Source: Methanobacteriota archaeon
Lineage (GTDB): Archaea > Halobacteriota > Bog-38 > Methanoflorentales > Methanoflorentaceae
Assembly: GCA_963720465.1 (NCBI GenBank)
Contig: OY970393.1
Location: 1-64,000 of the forward strand
Direction: 5' to 3'
Length of the DNA: 64,000 bases
Of this stretch, positions 28,658 to 38,926 are shown piece after piece. The notes beneath the pieces were generated by a model that saw only the letters and a list, made by a program, of their open reading frames with translations, made no database searches and was not told the origin of the DNA. Within the stretch, counting starts at the first letter, position 1, and each line of letters opens with the position of its first letter. A program made the position numbers and the translations under genes.

Positions 28658-31090
28658 ATGGCTCACCTGATCGCCCACGCTCAGCGCTCTAATGTTAAGG
28701 TTTTTTCAACCCAGCCCGCGCAATGTGACCTCGACGCGACGCTGACGCTTGGCCCGACTCCTAAAGGGCCGAGGCCGAAGCGATTCGTGGAGATCCGCGG
28801 CGGGAAAGTGCATCTTAGAAGGCCAGCTGAAGTCTTTGAGGTTTTGCGGCAGCACGACATCACGCTTGTCGAGCGCCAAGGTGCCGCGTCAGAGTATCAG
28901 AAGGTGTTTCAAGATCTCGTAGAACTGTTTAAGGCGTACCAGATTCCCTATGATCGGGTACGCGTCTGCGGGTTTTGTATCGGAAAGCACCGCTTCAGGC
29001 CCGTCGATGCCAATTTCGTGCGCCACCATGGTGAGCTGATCTGTATGGAATGCGCCCAATCAGAACTGCGAAGAGAGCTCAGTTTTCATGGTTTTGTGCA
29101 CAAGGATCACTTCAATACACTCCTTGACAAAGTCCGCGACCTCGACCGCGTTATCCGTTTCCTTGACTCCGGTGTCGATCCTGAGCTTACACGGTACGAC
29201 GTGCTTTCGCGCCGCACCGAGCGCTACCCGTGCGTTACCGTCGACGAACTCGAAGTGGACAGTAGGCTGAAGCGGCTGCTTAAGAAACGGCTATCAGCGT
29301 TGCTTCCCGTTCAGTCTCTTGCGGTGGAGCATGGGCTATTGAAGGGCAAGGATTTTCTGGTAGTGTCGGCAACGGCCACGGGGAAAACGCTTATTGGAGA
29401 GCTGGCAGGCGTTAATAACCTGCTCAGCGGCGGCGGAAAATTATTATTCGTGGTGCCCCTGGTCGCCCTTGCGAACCAGAAATACGACGATTTTGACGAC
29501 CGCTACTGCGACCTCGGCCTGAATGTAAGCCTCAGAATCGGCGGTAGCAGGATTCGGACGCGAGACTGGACGCGAGTGGAGCCCGATTATTCAGCTGATA
29601 TTCTCGTGGGGACGTACGAAGGCATCGATCAGGTACTTCGCACGGGCGACGCTGAGCTCCTCGGCGAAATCGGGACGATCGTGGTCGACGAAGTGCACAT
29701 GCTTGAAGACGAAGAGCGCGGAAGCCGGCTTGATGGACTCATCTCACGGCTTAAGACGTTAGCCCCGCGTTCACAGCGTATTTACCTGTCTGCAACCGTC
29801 GGGAACCCGCACGCACTCGCTCACGAGCTTAGTGCTGAGCTCATCGAGTTTGAAGAACGCCCGGTGCCGATCGAGCGCCACCTCGTCTTCGCTAATGAGC
29901 GGGACAAGCTGGCTATCATCAACAAGCTCGTTCGACACGAAATCTCGCGGACATCGAGCAAGGGCTATAGGGGCCAGTCGATCATTTTTACGAACTCCCG
30001 GGCGCGCTGTCATAGGCTGTCCAGATCACTCTCGGCGAAGAGCGCCCCCTATCACGGAGGCCTCTCGTACGGCGAACGAAAGAAGGTTGAGACCAACTTT
30101 GCCAAAGGCGCCGTAGAAGCGGTCGTAACCACCGCGGCGCTCGGGGCAGGCGTTGATTTTCCCGCGTCGCAAGTTATCTTTGAGTCCTTGGCGATGGGCA
30201 TCAACTGGTTGACTGCGCAAGAGTTTCAGCAGATGCTTGGGCGTGCTGGGCGGCCGGACTATCACGACATCGGCAAAGTCTTCCTGCTTGCTGACCCCAA
30301 CCGGAAATTCAGGACGGGGGAAACGGAGGATGAGATCGCGGTCAAACTCCTCTCAAGTGCCGCAGATAGTGTCGATATCGAATACGACGACGACCAGCAG
30401 GCAGAGCAGGTGCTCTCGAACCTCACGTTCGGCCGAAGCGTCAAAATGCTCGCCCACTACGACGGCAGCGCTCAGATGCGGCGCCTCAAGCGTCTGGGGT
30501 TTGTATCCGGGGATGGCCGCGCGACCAAGCTAGGACGCGTCGTCGCTGCTGATTTTCTCACTATCCCCCAAGCCGTTCAAATGGCCGAGGCCGTGAAGAA
30601 AGGCGACGCTCCGTTCGAGACGCTGCTAAAGCTGCAAGTTTTTACGCAGGTATACCTCAACAACGTGCAACGCTACGCTAAGGCGCTCCGAGTAAACGTA
30701 TCTCCTAATGTTTTCAGCGGAGGAAACCTTGAGATGCTATTCTCAGGAAATGGCGACGAGCTGACATATCTCGAGCAAAAAGAGCTTGACAGCGTACTGG
30801 CTTTTTCAGTGGCATTCGTTGATTGCAGCTGCGAAGGGTCGCCATTTTGTGGATGTCCTGAACGGAACTTCTCGAAGTGGGTCATCGACCAACGCGTGGC
30901 TGGTCTCGATCCGGTAGAGATCGTAGAACGGATGTCCGAATTTGGTATTCATGCATATTCAGGCGACGTGCTGAACTATCTCGATCAAGCGGTGCGACTG
31001 ATGGAATCTATTGCGAAAATGGCCACTATTTTGAACAAAACGGACATGGCGCGTCAGGTTCTTAGGATAAGATCGCAGATCGAAGGTTAG
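28658..31090 (+). CDS. Archaeal SF2 DExH-box helicase
   Basis: TATGKT, DEVH, SAT and QMLGRAGR motifs; C-terminal CxCxxxxxCxC. Confidence 0.93.
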   Translation: MAHLIAHAQRSNVKVFSTQPAQCDLDATLTLGPTPKGPRPKRFVEIRGGKVHLRRPAEVFEVLRQHDITLVERQGAASEYQKVFQDLVELFKAYQIPYDRVRVCGFCIGKHRFRPVDANFVRHHGELICMECAQSELRRELSFHGFVHKDHFNTLLDKVRDLDRVIRFLDSGVDPELTRYDVLSRRTERYPCVTVDELEVDSRLKRLLKKRLSALLPVQSLAVEHGLLKGKDFLVVSATATGKTLIGELAGVNNLLSGGGKLLFVVPLVALANQKYDDFDDRYCDLGLNVSLRIGGSRIRTRDWTRVEPDYSADILVGTYEGIDQVLRTGDAELLGEIGTIVVDEVHMLEDEERGSRLDGLISRLKTLAPRSQRIYLSATVGNPHALAHELSAELIEFEERPVPIERHLVFANERDKLAIINKLVRHEISRTSSKGYRGQSIIFTNSRARCHRLSRSLSAKSAPYHGGLSYGERKKVETNFAKGAVEAVVTTAALGAGVDFPASQVIFESLAMGINWLTAQEFQQMLGRAGRPDYHDIGKVFLLADPNRKFRTGETEDEIAVKLLSSAADSVDIEYDDDQQAEQVLSNLTFGRSVKMLAHYDGSAQMRRLKRLGFVSGDGRATKLGRVVAADFLTIPQAVQMAEAVKKGDAPFETLLKLQVFTQVYLNNVQRYAKALRVNVSPNVFSGGNLEMLFSGNGDELTYLEQKELDSVLAFSVAFVDCSCEGSPFCGCPERNFSKWVIDQRVAGLDPVEIVERMSEFGIHAYSGDVLNYLDQAVRLMESIAKMATILNKTDMARQVLRIRSQIEG

Positions 31091-31093
31091 CTT

Positions 31094-32284
31094 TTAGGTG
31101 GTATATTCGGCGTTGATGCGCACATAGTCGTCAGTGAGGTCGCAGCCCCAGGCAGTGGCCGCTGCGCCCCCCACCCCCAAATCCACGAGGATCGAGATCT
31201 CTGTACTGTTCATTATTTCCGAAAGCGTCTCCTCGTTGGGTCTATCAGCGCTCGCGCTTTTTATGATGCCTTTTTCGACCAATACAACGGGGGTACACTT
31301 TCCATTTGATAGAGCGAGTGACAGAGCCTCTGGATCCACGAACGCACCAGAGTATCCAACGGCAGTAACGATCCTACCCCAATTGGGATCCGCTCCAAAA
31401 AGCGCCGTCTTTACCAGGGGTGATCGTGCGACAGCCTTTGCCGCCTTGACCGCCTCCTCATGATTTCGTGCGCCAGTGACGGTCACTTCCATCATTTTCG
31501 TCGCGCCTTCGCCGTCTCGCGCGATCATTTTCGCCAGCTCAACACACACAAAGTTCAGCGCGTTTTGAAACTCACCAACGTCAATGGCCGAAGAGCTCTC
31601 GCCGGTAGCTATGAGGAGAACCGTATCGTTCGTGCTCGTATCGCCATCGACGACGACCATGTTGAAGCTCAGATCGGCTGCTCTTTTCAGACACGTCTGC
31701 AAAACATCCGCAGTGAGCCGGGCGTCCGTATAGATAAAGGCGAGCATCGTGGATAGCTGCGGTTCAATCATCCCCGCGCCCTTTGCTATGCCGCCTAGTG
31801 CGACGCCGTCGACCTCGACCGCCATTTGTTTCGGCGTGGAATCAGTCGTCATTATCGCTCGTGCCGCTTCAAGACTGCCATCGGCCGTATCGGTTATCGT
31901 CGACAGAACCTCGACAATCTTCGAATCGATCCAGCTCACGTTGAGTGGCGTTCCGATGATGCCAGTTGACGCAACAGCAACGTCGGCTGTGCGAATGTGC
32001 AAGCGGCGCGCAAGGGATTCGGCGACCCGTTCGGCATCTTCTATGCCGTTCGGTCCCGTAAAAGCATTGGCGCTCCCGCTGTTTGCCACCACCGCCAAGA
32101 TCTGCTGACTATCGATGAGGTGTTTTCGCGTGACGACGACGGGAGCTGCGGTGACTTTGTTGGTGGTAAACACCCCTGCTGCTTGCCCGCCGCCGGTGAT
32201 GACCGCGACGCCGTTTTTGCCCTCCTTGCGACCAGAGGCTTTCACTCCGCGTACAGCGCAGACGCCTCCTTCCACGATGCGCAT
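31094..32284 (-). CDS. argJ: Ornithine acetyltransferase / N-acetylglutamate synthase
   Basis: IMTTD, AKGAGMIEP, DGDTSTND and DGEGATK motifs. Confidence 0.97.
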   Translation of the reverse strand: MRIVEGGVCAVRGVKASGRKEGKNGVAVITGGGQAAGVFTTNKVTAAPVVVTRKHLIDSQQILAVVANSGSANAFTGPNGIEDAERVAESLARRLHIRTADVAVASTGIIGTPLNVSWIDSKIVEVLSTITDTADGSLEAARAIMTTDSTPKQMAVEVDGVALGGIAKGAGMIEPQLSTMLAFIYTDARLTADVLQTCLKRAADLSFNMVVVDGDTSTNDTVLLIATGESSSAIDVGEFQNALNFVCVELAKMIARDGEGATKMMEVTVTGARNHEEAVKAAKAVARSPLVKTALFGADPNWGRIVTAVGYSGAFVDPEALSLALSNGKCTPVVLVEKGIIKSASADRPNEETLSEIMNSTEISILVDLGVGGAAATAWGCDLTDDYVRINAEYTT

Positions 32285-32757
32285 CAACTGCCCTCTGCAA
32301 TCCCTCTTATGATATCGCCGCGCGTGACGATTCCGATCAATTGACCAGCTGCGTCGACGACGGGAAGGCGGTTGATTTTGTGTCGTATCATGTGCTCGGT
32401 AGCGGTTTCGATATCCGCATCGCCATCGATGGTGTGAACCGGCTTTTTCATGACGCGATCGACCGTCCACTCGCCCACGTCTTCGCTCACCGAGTCTCTC
32501 AGCTCGAGGCGCTCGATAATTTCGCGTACCGGAACCTCGATGATCTCGAGGGGGCTCGGGAGCCAGTACCCGGTGTGTTCTGGTATCTCGAGGAGCGAGA
32601 GTAGGTCGTTTTCCGTTATGATGCCGACGAGGTTTCTATCAGCCACCACCGGAACGCCGCTTATCTTGTTTTCCCGAAAGAGCTTGATACACTCGCGCAC
32701 CGTTGTGCTGGGCGTCACCGAAATGACGGTTGGATTCATGACGTCTACGACTTTCAT
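32284..32757 (-). CDS. Tandem CBS-domain protein
   Basis: ISGVPVV...GIITEND and INRLPVV...GIVTRGD motifs. Confidence 0.93.
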   Translation of the reverse strand: MKVVDVMNPTVISVTPSTTVRECIKLFRENKISGVPVVADRNLVGIITENDLLSLLEIPEHTGYWLPSPLEIIEVPVREIIERLELRDSVSEDVGEWTVDRVMKKPVHTIDGDADIETATEHMIRHKINRLPVVDAAGQLIGIVTRGDIIRGIAEGS

Positions 32758-32764
32758 TGCTACC

Positions 32765-33757
32765 TCAGAGTGACAGTGCTGGAGACCAGAGGCCGGTCGT
32801 CTCATCGAGACCGAGCATGAGATTCATGTTCTGGATTGCTTGGCCTGACGCGCCCTTCCCCATGTTGTCGATAGCGGAGATGACGACGACGCGGTTTGTC
32901 GATGCGTCTCGCTCAATGAACAGGTCGCAAAAATTCGTGCCGCGGACCGACCCGAGCGACGGAACGTTGAACCGAATGAACGGACTGTTGGCGTAGAACG
33001 CTTCGTAAAGTGATCGGATCCGATCTTCATCGAGTTCAGCGTTGGTGAAGATGTGCGCGGTCGTGAGAATGCCTCGAATGGACGGGATAATGTGAGGCGT
33101 GAAGTTCACGGCGACGTTTCCAAGTCGCTGGAGCTCTTGAACGATCTCGGCTTTGTGCCGGTGTTTAGTTAGTTGATAAGGGACTACGTTCTCAGCCAAG
33201 TTAGGATAGTGCGACGCCTCCGTTGGAGCGGCCCCTGCGCCCGAGATCCCGGACTTGGAATCGAATACTGCGTGATCGACGAGTCTTGCTTTGACGAGTG
33301 GCGCTGCAGCTAAGATTGCGCCCGTAGGGTAGCAGCCGGGGTTGGCGCACAGGTCGGCGTCGGCAACCTCGGGGTGCAACTCGGGCAGCCCGTAGACGGC
33401 GTCTCGAGGATCGGTGTGCGGGCCGTACACCTCCGCATAGTTCCGTCCGAGGCGATAGTCGGCGCTGAGGTCAATAATGCGAACCTCATCGATGAGATCC
33501 GGCACGATTCCCATTGCGGCCCCGTGGGGGACCGCGAGAAACACGACGTCCGATTGTTCGGCAACTACCTTCGCTTCGGCGTTTACAAATCGGAGTTCAT
33601 AAAATCCCTTTAGATAGCGATGAGCATCGGCGACAGGAACACCATTGAGCGCCCGCGAAGTCACAATAGTGACGTCGACGTCTGGATGCCGAACAAGCAA
33701 TCTCAGTAATTCTCCGCCAGTGTAGCCAGATCCGCCTATTATTCCAACTCTGATCAT
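32765..33757 (-). CDS. argC: N-acetyl-gamma-glutamyl-phosphate reductase
   Basis: GGSGYTG, NPGCYPT and IDNMGKGASGQA motifs. Confidence 0.98.
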   Translation of the reverse strand: MIRVGIIGGSGYTGGELLRLLVRHPDVDVTIVTSRALNGVPVADAHRYLKGFYELRFVNAEAKVVAEQSDVVFLAVPHGAAMGIVPDLIDEVRIIDLSADYRLGRNYAEVYGPHTDPRDAVYGLPELHPEVADADLCANPGCYPTGAILAAAPLVKARLVDHAVFDSKSGISGAGAAPTEASHYPNLAENVVPYQLTKHRHKAEIVQELQRLGNVAVNFTPHIIPSIRGILTTAHIFTNAELDEDRIRSLYEAFYANSPFIRFNVPSLGSVRGTNFCDLFIERDASTNRVVVISAIDNMGKGASGQAIQNMNLMLGLDETTGLWSPALSL

Positions 33758-33942
33758 CGATCCCCATTAGAGCTGATCTTAGAAAGCCTTTTTCGTCACG
33801 TGAGCGCGTCACGGACACCGCCAAACGTCATAAGCGCCGATTTGCGGATGGCTAAATGACACCTTGCTTCAACAAGCTTCGTTATCGAGCGCGCAGTGAG
33901 CAGAGGAGCTACAAAAGATAAGCCAAAAAAAGATGTCAGTTC

Positions 33943-35556
33943 TTAAACCCTTCTTAGCAACAGGTACAGAACACCGACGAGGAGCGTTGGAGCTCCTAGC
34001 CCCAGTAGAGAGAACTCAAACACGGACTGCGCGGGCAAGGTGGCTGTGGTGCCCGTTTGGGCTCCCGGCAAGCTCATACTCGCCACTGAGCCATTCTGTG
34101 ACAGCGCAGATGCTTCGGCTGCTATCGCAGACGCTTCTCCAAACGCGTTTGACGAGACTGCTGGCACTAGCAATGAAGGGCTGTACACTAAACACTTCTG
34201 CGACGCGCTAAGCAGACACGTGCGTTGGGATGGTGGCGCACTGCAGTTCTCAGGGTCTGCACTTAGCGCCATTTTTCCAGCGGCCAGCTGCGTAGCATTT
34301 GTCGGCGACGGGCTTGATTGGGGTTTTTCAGTGGAGCTTGCAGCAACTTCACTCGAGTGCTTTGATTGTGAGGCGACAACTGTGGGGGTAGCAGGGGTCG
34401 GCTTCGCTTGTGTCGGAGGCACTGGACTGACGGTCGGATCACTTGGGGTTCCGTTCGTCGCTGAGTTCGTCGTTGAGTTCGTCGTTGAGTTCGTCGCTGA
34501 GTTCGTCGCTGAGTTCGTCGCTGAGTTCGTCGTTGAGTTCGTCGTTGAGTTCGTCGCTGAGTTCGTCGCTGAGTTCGTCGCTGAGTTCGTCGCTGAGTTC
34601 GTCGTTGAGTTCGTCGCTGAGTTCGTCGCTGAGTTCGTCGCTGAGTTCGTCGTTGAGTTCGTCGCTGAGTTCGTCGTTGAGTTCGTCGCTGAGTTCGTCG
34701 CTGAGTTCGTCGTTGAGTTCGTCGCTGAGTTCGTCGTTGAGTTCGTCGCTGAGTTCGTCGTTGAGTTCGTCGCTGAGTTCGTCGCTGAGTTCGTCGCTGA
34801 GTTCGTCGCTGAGTTCGTCGCTGAGTTCGTCGCTGAGTTCGTCGCTGAGTTCGTCGCTGAGTTCGTCGCTGAGTTCGTCGCTGAGTTCGTCGTTGAGTTC
34901 GTCGCTGAGTTCGTCGTTGAGTTCGTCGCTGAGTTCGTCGTTGAGTTCGTCGCTGAGTTCGTCGTTGAGTTCGTCGCTGAGTTCGTCGTTGAGTTCGTCG
35001 CTGAGTTCGTCGCTGAGTTCGTCGCTGAGTTCGTCGTTGAGTTCGTCGTTGAGTTCGTCGCTGAGTTCGTCGCTGAGTTCGTCGCTGAGTTCGTCGCTGA
35101 GTTCGTCGCTGAGTTCGTCGTTGAGTTCGTCGCTGAGTTCGTCGCTGAGTTCGTCGCTGAGTTCGTCGCTGAGTTCGTCGCTGAGTTCGTCGCTGAGTTC
35201 GTCGCTGAGTTCGTCGCTGAGTTCGTCGCTGAGTTCGTCGCTGAGTTCGTCGTTGAGTTCGTCGCTGAGTTCGTCGCTGAGTTCGTCGCTGAGTTCGTCG
35301 CTGAGTTCGTCGCTGAGTTCGTCGCTGAGTTCGTCGTTGAGTTCGTCGCTGAGTTCGTCGCTGAGTTCGTCGCTGAGTTCGTCGCTGAGTTCGTCGTTGA
35401 GTTCGTCGTTGAGTTCGTCGTTGAGTTCGTCGCGCTTGTTTGTAGCGTTCTTTGGACGTTTTGTGCGCTGGGCAAAGAAGCAAGAGCTGGAGCGATAGTA
35501 AATGCTATCAACACTATGAAAATCGCTACGATCGGAACGATACGCTTAATCGCCAT
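33943..35556 (-). CDS. Surface glycoprotein with (A/T)TNS repeat stalk and PEF-CTERM-like tail
   Basis: Signal peptide, 81 TNS(A/T) units, and tail VFEFSLLGLGAPTLLVGVLYLLLRRV. Confidence 0.85.
   Translation of the reverse strand: MAIKRIVPIVAIFIVLIAFTIAPALASLPSAQNVQRTLQTSATNSTTNSTTNSTTNSATNSATNSATNSATNSTTNSATNSATNSATNSATNSATNSATNSTTNSATNSATNSATNSATNSATNSATNSATNSATNSATNSATNSTTNSATNSATNSATNSATNSATNSTTNSTTNSATNSATNSATNSTTNSATNSTTNSATNSTTNSATNSTTNSATNSTTNSATNSATNSATNSATNSATNSATNSATNSATNSATNSATNSTTNSATNSTTNSATNSTTNSATNSATNSTTNSATNSTTNSATNSATNSATNSTTNSATNSATNSATNSATNSTTNSTTNSATNSATNSATNSTTNSTTNSATNGTPSDPTVSPVPPTQAKPTPATPTVVASQSKHSSEVAASSTEKPQSSPSPTNATQLAAGKMALSADPENCSAPPSQRTCLLSASQKCLVYSPSLLVPAVSSNAFGEASAIAAEASALSQNGSVASMSLPGAQTGTTATLPAQSVFEFSLLGLGAPTLLVGVLYLLLRRV
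34453..35433. repeat. 12-bp tandem repeat GAGTTCGTCG(C/T)T, about 82 units
   Basis: Unbroken 12-bp period with one variable position; manual count 58 C and 23 T. Confidence 0.99.
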
Positions 35557-35605
35557 TATGGTTAATGCATCTTAGCTATCTGCCGCTAAATATCTTTCGT
35601 TTTGT

Positions 35606-35638
35606 AAAAAATAAAAAAAGACCGGACGATCGGCGTCC
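35606..35638 (-). terminator. Hairpin plus oligo-T terminator
   Basis: GGACG/CGTCC stem followed by a long T tract on the minus strand, after the 35646 stop. Confidence 0.5.
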
Positions 35639-35645
35639 GTGTCAC

Positions 35646-35900
35646 CTACAAAAGTTGAAGAACGATGTTTGCAAGATTCACTTGACTCGGGCTCGTAAAT
35701 GCCGTTGAAGGGTCAAGGATCGAGAGCGGCCCGCTCTGAGTCGGAGCGCTCTGCGGCGCCGAAGCGGGAGTATTAACAGTCATAACATCGTTGCCGTAGT
35801 GGACTTGACAAGTGGGGCAGTACGCAGCTGACACTTGGAATGAAAGCACCATGATAACAACTCCGATTAGGAGCGTCATCACTATTTGCCTCGGTTTCAA
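35646..35900 (-). CDS. Small secreted protein with CPTC motif
   Basis: GGAGGT RBS, signal peptide ending VSA/AA, mature N-terminus YCPTCQVH. Confidence 0.7.
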   Translation of the reverse strand: MKPRQIVMTLLIGVVIMVLSFQVSAAYCPTCQVHYGNDVMTVNTPASAPQSAPTQSGPLSILDPSTAFTSPSQVNLANIVLQLL

Positions 35901-36108
35901 CGAATTACCTCCTGTGCCCCCGTGGGGGCGCTATTGGCATTACCGAGTGAAATCTTTTAGCGTTGTATAAATAGCTTCTCTTTTGCTTCCGTTGTTTCCA
36001 TTGGAGCAATTGAGCTAAAGATGTTTTTTCGCCAGAACAAAGCGATCGCTGACCAAACTGGCGTTGCGGAACAAAAAGGAATAAAAAAGGGTTAAAAGAA
36101 TAACCCTA

Positions 36109-36822
36109 TTAACGTCTTCTCAAGAACAGGTATATAGCGCCTACCACTATTGCAGGGGCACCCAGTCCGAGCAGTGAAAATTCTGGGACTGTCTGCGTTG
36201 AAGTAGTTGGCGTTTGGGTTGCTGTAACCACTTGAATCGATGGCTGCGTGGCGGGCTTTGCTGCCGTCACAACCTTAGGCGTTGCTACAACCTTAACTAC
36301 CGCCTTAGGCGTTGCTACAACCTTAGCTACAGCCTTAGGCGTTGCGACAGGCGTTGCGACAGGAGTCGGCGTCGCTTTTACAACAGCTGGCGTTGCGACA
36401 GGAGTCGGCGTCGCTTTTACAACAGCTGGCGTTGCGACAGGAGTCGGCGTCGCTTGCGCGACTTTAGGCGTTGAGGAGCCCTGGGCTGCTTGGATGGCTG
36501 CGACGATCTGTGCTTCGGTGACAGAGCCCGTAAGAGTCTGTCCTCCTTGAATGACTATCGTTGGTGTTTCAGTAACGCCATTTGCTTGTGCGATCCCGGC
36601 TCCTGGTGACGTACTTACGTCATAATAAGTGACCTGCACGCCGGTCTGCGCAGCCGCTTGTTCCATAAGCGGCTTCACCGCTGCGCAGACGCCGCACATG
36701 GGCGACTCGAAGAACAGCACTTGAATGTTGCTTGTTTGGGCCGACGCAACTGCCACTCCCGAAAATGCCACGCATGCGATAAGGACTGTTGATAACGCTA
36801 ATAAGCCAATTTGCTTTTTCAT
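36109..36822 (-). CDS. Surface thioredoxin-fold protein with Thr/Pro-rich linker and PEF-CTERM tail
   Basis: Signal peptide, CGVC, ETPT cis-Pro motif, VATP repeats, and tail VPEFSLLGLGAPAIVVGAIYLFLRRR. Confidence 0.88.
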   Translation of the reverse strand: MKKQIGLLALSTVLIACVAFSGVAVASAQTSNIQVLFFESPMCGVCAAVKPLMEQAAAQTGVQVTYYDVSTSPGAGIAQANGVTETPTIVIQGGQTLTGSVTEAQIVAAIQAAQGSSTPKVAQATPTPVATPAVVKATPTPVATPAVVKATPTPVATPVATPKAVAKVVATPKAVVKVVATPKVVTAAKPATQPSIQVVTATQTPTTSTQTVPEFSLLGLGAPAIVVGAIYLFLRRR

Positions 36823-36978
36823 CTATTTTTGGCACCTCTTCGTGATGGTTGTCTTCCTTACGTATACTAAGCATTGCCGATTTATCTTATAAATAATGAT
36901 CGATTTCGACCAAATCCGAAAATCAAGCGTGAACTGCGCAGGTCTTATAGAAAGAAAAGAACGCCATATTGCACACAT

Positions 36979-37860
36979 TCAGACTGCATCGGACCGGTTG
37001 AAGAAGTAGTAAGCCAGTATCAACGGAACGACGATCGAGGCGATAAGGAAAATCACGTTCGCCGTATAATCAAGTCCTGAAGTCAGCTTGAAGAAGTCTC
37101 CGGCGAGCGACTGGATAGCGACGTTGTGGCTTCCAGGATTGATCCAAACCAATATTTTCGCGTACCCAGGGAACTCCGTGTAAGGGATGTCTGAAGTGGG
37201 GCTTAGATTTATCGCACCTAGTCCGAGTGCGACGCCTGCATAGGTGAATATCAGGAGCAGGATCCAGACAAATACGGCGCCAAGCAATGAGTCGAGGCTC
37301 GTGCGCGTCAAGCTTGAGATCAGGAGCCCTATCGCGATGAAGGACATAACGTACAACAATATGATGCCCATAGAGAGGATCAGATAGCCTACGTCGCTCG
37401 AGCTTGGAAATGTCCGCGTGGTGATCGAGAGACCGATATACAGCACAAGCGTCGTGATGACAAACAGTCCGCCTGCGGCTGTGAGATAAGCAACGAACTT
37501 GCCAAAAAGTATCGTTCTGCGTGTAATGGGTCGCACTACGAGCTGTACCAGCGTCCGTGCTGACCGCTCACCGCTCAGGGCGTCGTAGGAAAGCGCAAGC
37601 GCGAGTATCGTCAGAACAATTTCGCTATATGAATACGACACACTAATCGCATAGTTGACTGGCTGCGTGGCGGGATTTGGCGCCCCGCTTATTTGCGAAA
37701 TCCCTCGTGCGACATCGGCATTGCCATAGTACGCGCCGACAAGCGCAAGCAACACAAATATGACTCCAAAGATGATGAAGCGCTTCGTCTTCACCGCGGA
37801 CTCAAAATCCTTTTGCGCGATGGCAAGAAACTTGTACGCAGACTCCGTGAACTCACTCAA
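36979..37860 (-). CDS. ABC-2 type permease
   Basis: YDALSGER...RPITRRTILFGKF motif and multiple TM segments. Confidence 0.88.
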   Translation of the reverse strand: MSEFTESAYKFLAIAQKDFESAVKTKRFIIFGVIFVLLALVGAYYGNADVARGISQISGAPNPATQPVNYAISVSYSYSEIVLTILALALSYDALSGERSARTLVQLVVRPITRRTILFGKFVAYLTAAGGLFVITTLVLYIGLSITTRTFPSSSDVGYLILSMGIILLYVMSFIAIGLLISSLTRTSLDSLLGAVFVWILLLIFTYAGVALGLGAINLSPTSDIPYTEFPGYAKILVWINPGSHNVAIQSLAGDFFKLTSGLDYTANVIFLIASIVVPLILAYYFFNRSDAV

Positions 37861-38783
37861 CGCGTTCTTCCTCCCATCTTGCGAACATATGCCTCTTCGA
37901 GCGACGGCGATTCGCGCAGGGAGCGCAAACGGCCTCCTGCGCGCGTGATTACATAGTTTACGTCCTCGTTGATGCCAGGGCGGTACTCAAGACTTATCTT
38001 GAGCCCTTCGCATTGGATCGATTTGACGCCTTTCACGGATCTTATGGCCTGGAGAATGCGTTCGTTTATGTTGGCGACGTCGGCTTCGAGTTGCACGGTT
38101 TTGCCGCGCACGTCCGCCACGAAGTCTTTAGTCGTGGTCGGCGCAGCAACGTGCCCGGCCCTCATTGTTGCCACCACGTCGCATATTTCTGCGATATCTC
38201 TAACGTTGTGCGTGGCGAGAAACAGCGTGACGTCATGGACGTTGAGTTCGTGTATGAGCGCCATTATGTCGCGCCGTCCCTGGGGGTCAAGCCCCGTGCT
38301 GGGTTCATCAAGAATAAGCAATTCTGGCTCGTTTAGCATCGCTGCAGCGATGCCGAGTCGCTTCCGATCGCCAAGTGAATAGGCGCTGACGAGGGTTGTC
38401 TCCTTACCCTCAAGTCCTGCTAGGTTAAAGAGCTTCTCAATCTTCTCTTCGCGCTCTTCGCGCACGTTCGAGAGATTGGCAAAGAATTTGAGGTTCCTTT
38501 CCGCGGAGAAATTGCCGTAGAAGCCTGGGCGCTCAGGCAGGTACCCGATCCTGTGTCGCACCTCGTGAAACTGTGCGGGGATCTCGCGATCGAGTGTTTT
38601 GATCGTTCCAGCGCTGGGCTGAATGAAATTAAGCAGCATGTTGATGATGCTTGATTTGCCGGCGCCGATCGGTCCCAGAAGCCCGAATGCGGTTCCTTGT
38701 GGCACTGTGAAGCTTGCGTCTTCGACGGCAACAACGCCCTTCTTATAGCGCTTTGTAAGCCCTTGGACCTCTATCGCGTTCAT
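37857..38783 (-). CDS. ABC transporter ATP-binding protein
   Basis: GPIGAGKS, YSLGDRKR and LILDEP motifs. Confidence 0.92.
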   Translation of the reverse strand: MNAIEVQGLTKRYKKGVVAVEDASFTVPQGTAFGLLGPIGAGKSSIINMLLNFIQPSAGTIKTLDREIPAQFHEVRHRIGYLPERPGFYGNFSAERNLKFFANLSNVREEREEKIEKLFNLAGLEGKETTLVSAYSLGDRKRLGIAAAMLNEPELLILDEPSTGLDPQGRRDIMALIHELNVHDVTLFLATHNVRDIAEICDVVATMRAGHVAAPTTTKDFVADVRGKTVQLEADVANINERILQAIRSVKGVKSIQCEGLKISLEYRPGINEDVNYVITRAGGRLRSLRESPSLEEAYVRKMGGRTR

Positions 38784-38926
38784 GATAGCCCACCGCTCAG
38801 AGCGGTCGTATGCATGCAAGACCAGATACTATTATATAAACTAGGCGTATTGAAGCGTGAGCTAGCCCTTCGCTAGGCGACACTCTGACGCATCGGTGCT
38901 GCTGAGAGGAAACAAACGGTCTCGAG

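Noticed and set aside
34453-35433. Possible CRISPR array
   Set aside because: Head-to-tail 12-mers without spacers, and no cas genes in the window.
34040-35575. Long alternative ORFs (VAEF, SSSL and RRTQ repeats) over the 12-bp array
   Set aside because: They are open only because the repeat lacks stops in those frames; only the TNS frame has both a signal peptide and a sorting tail.
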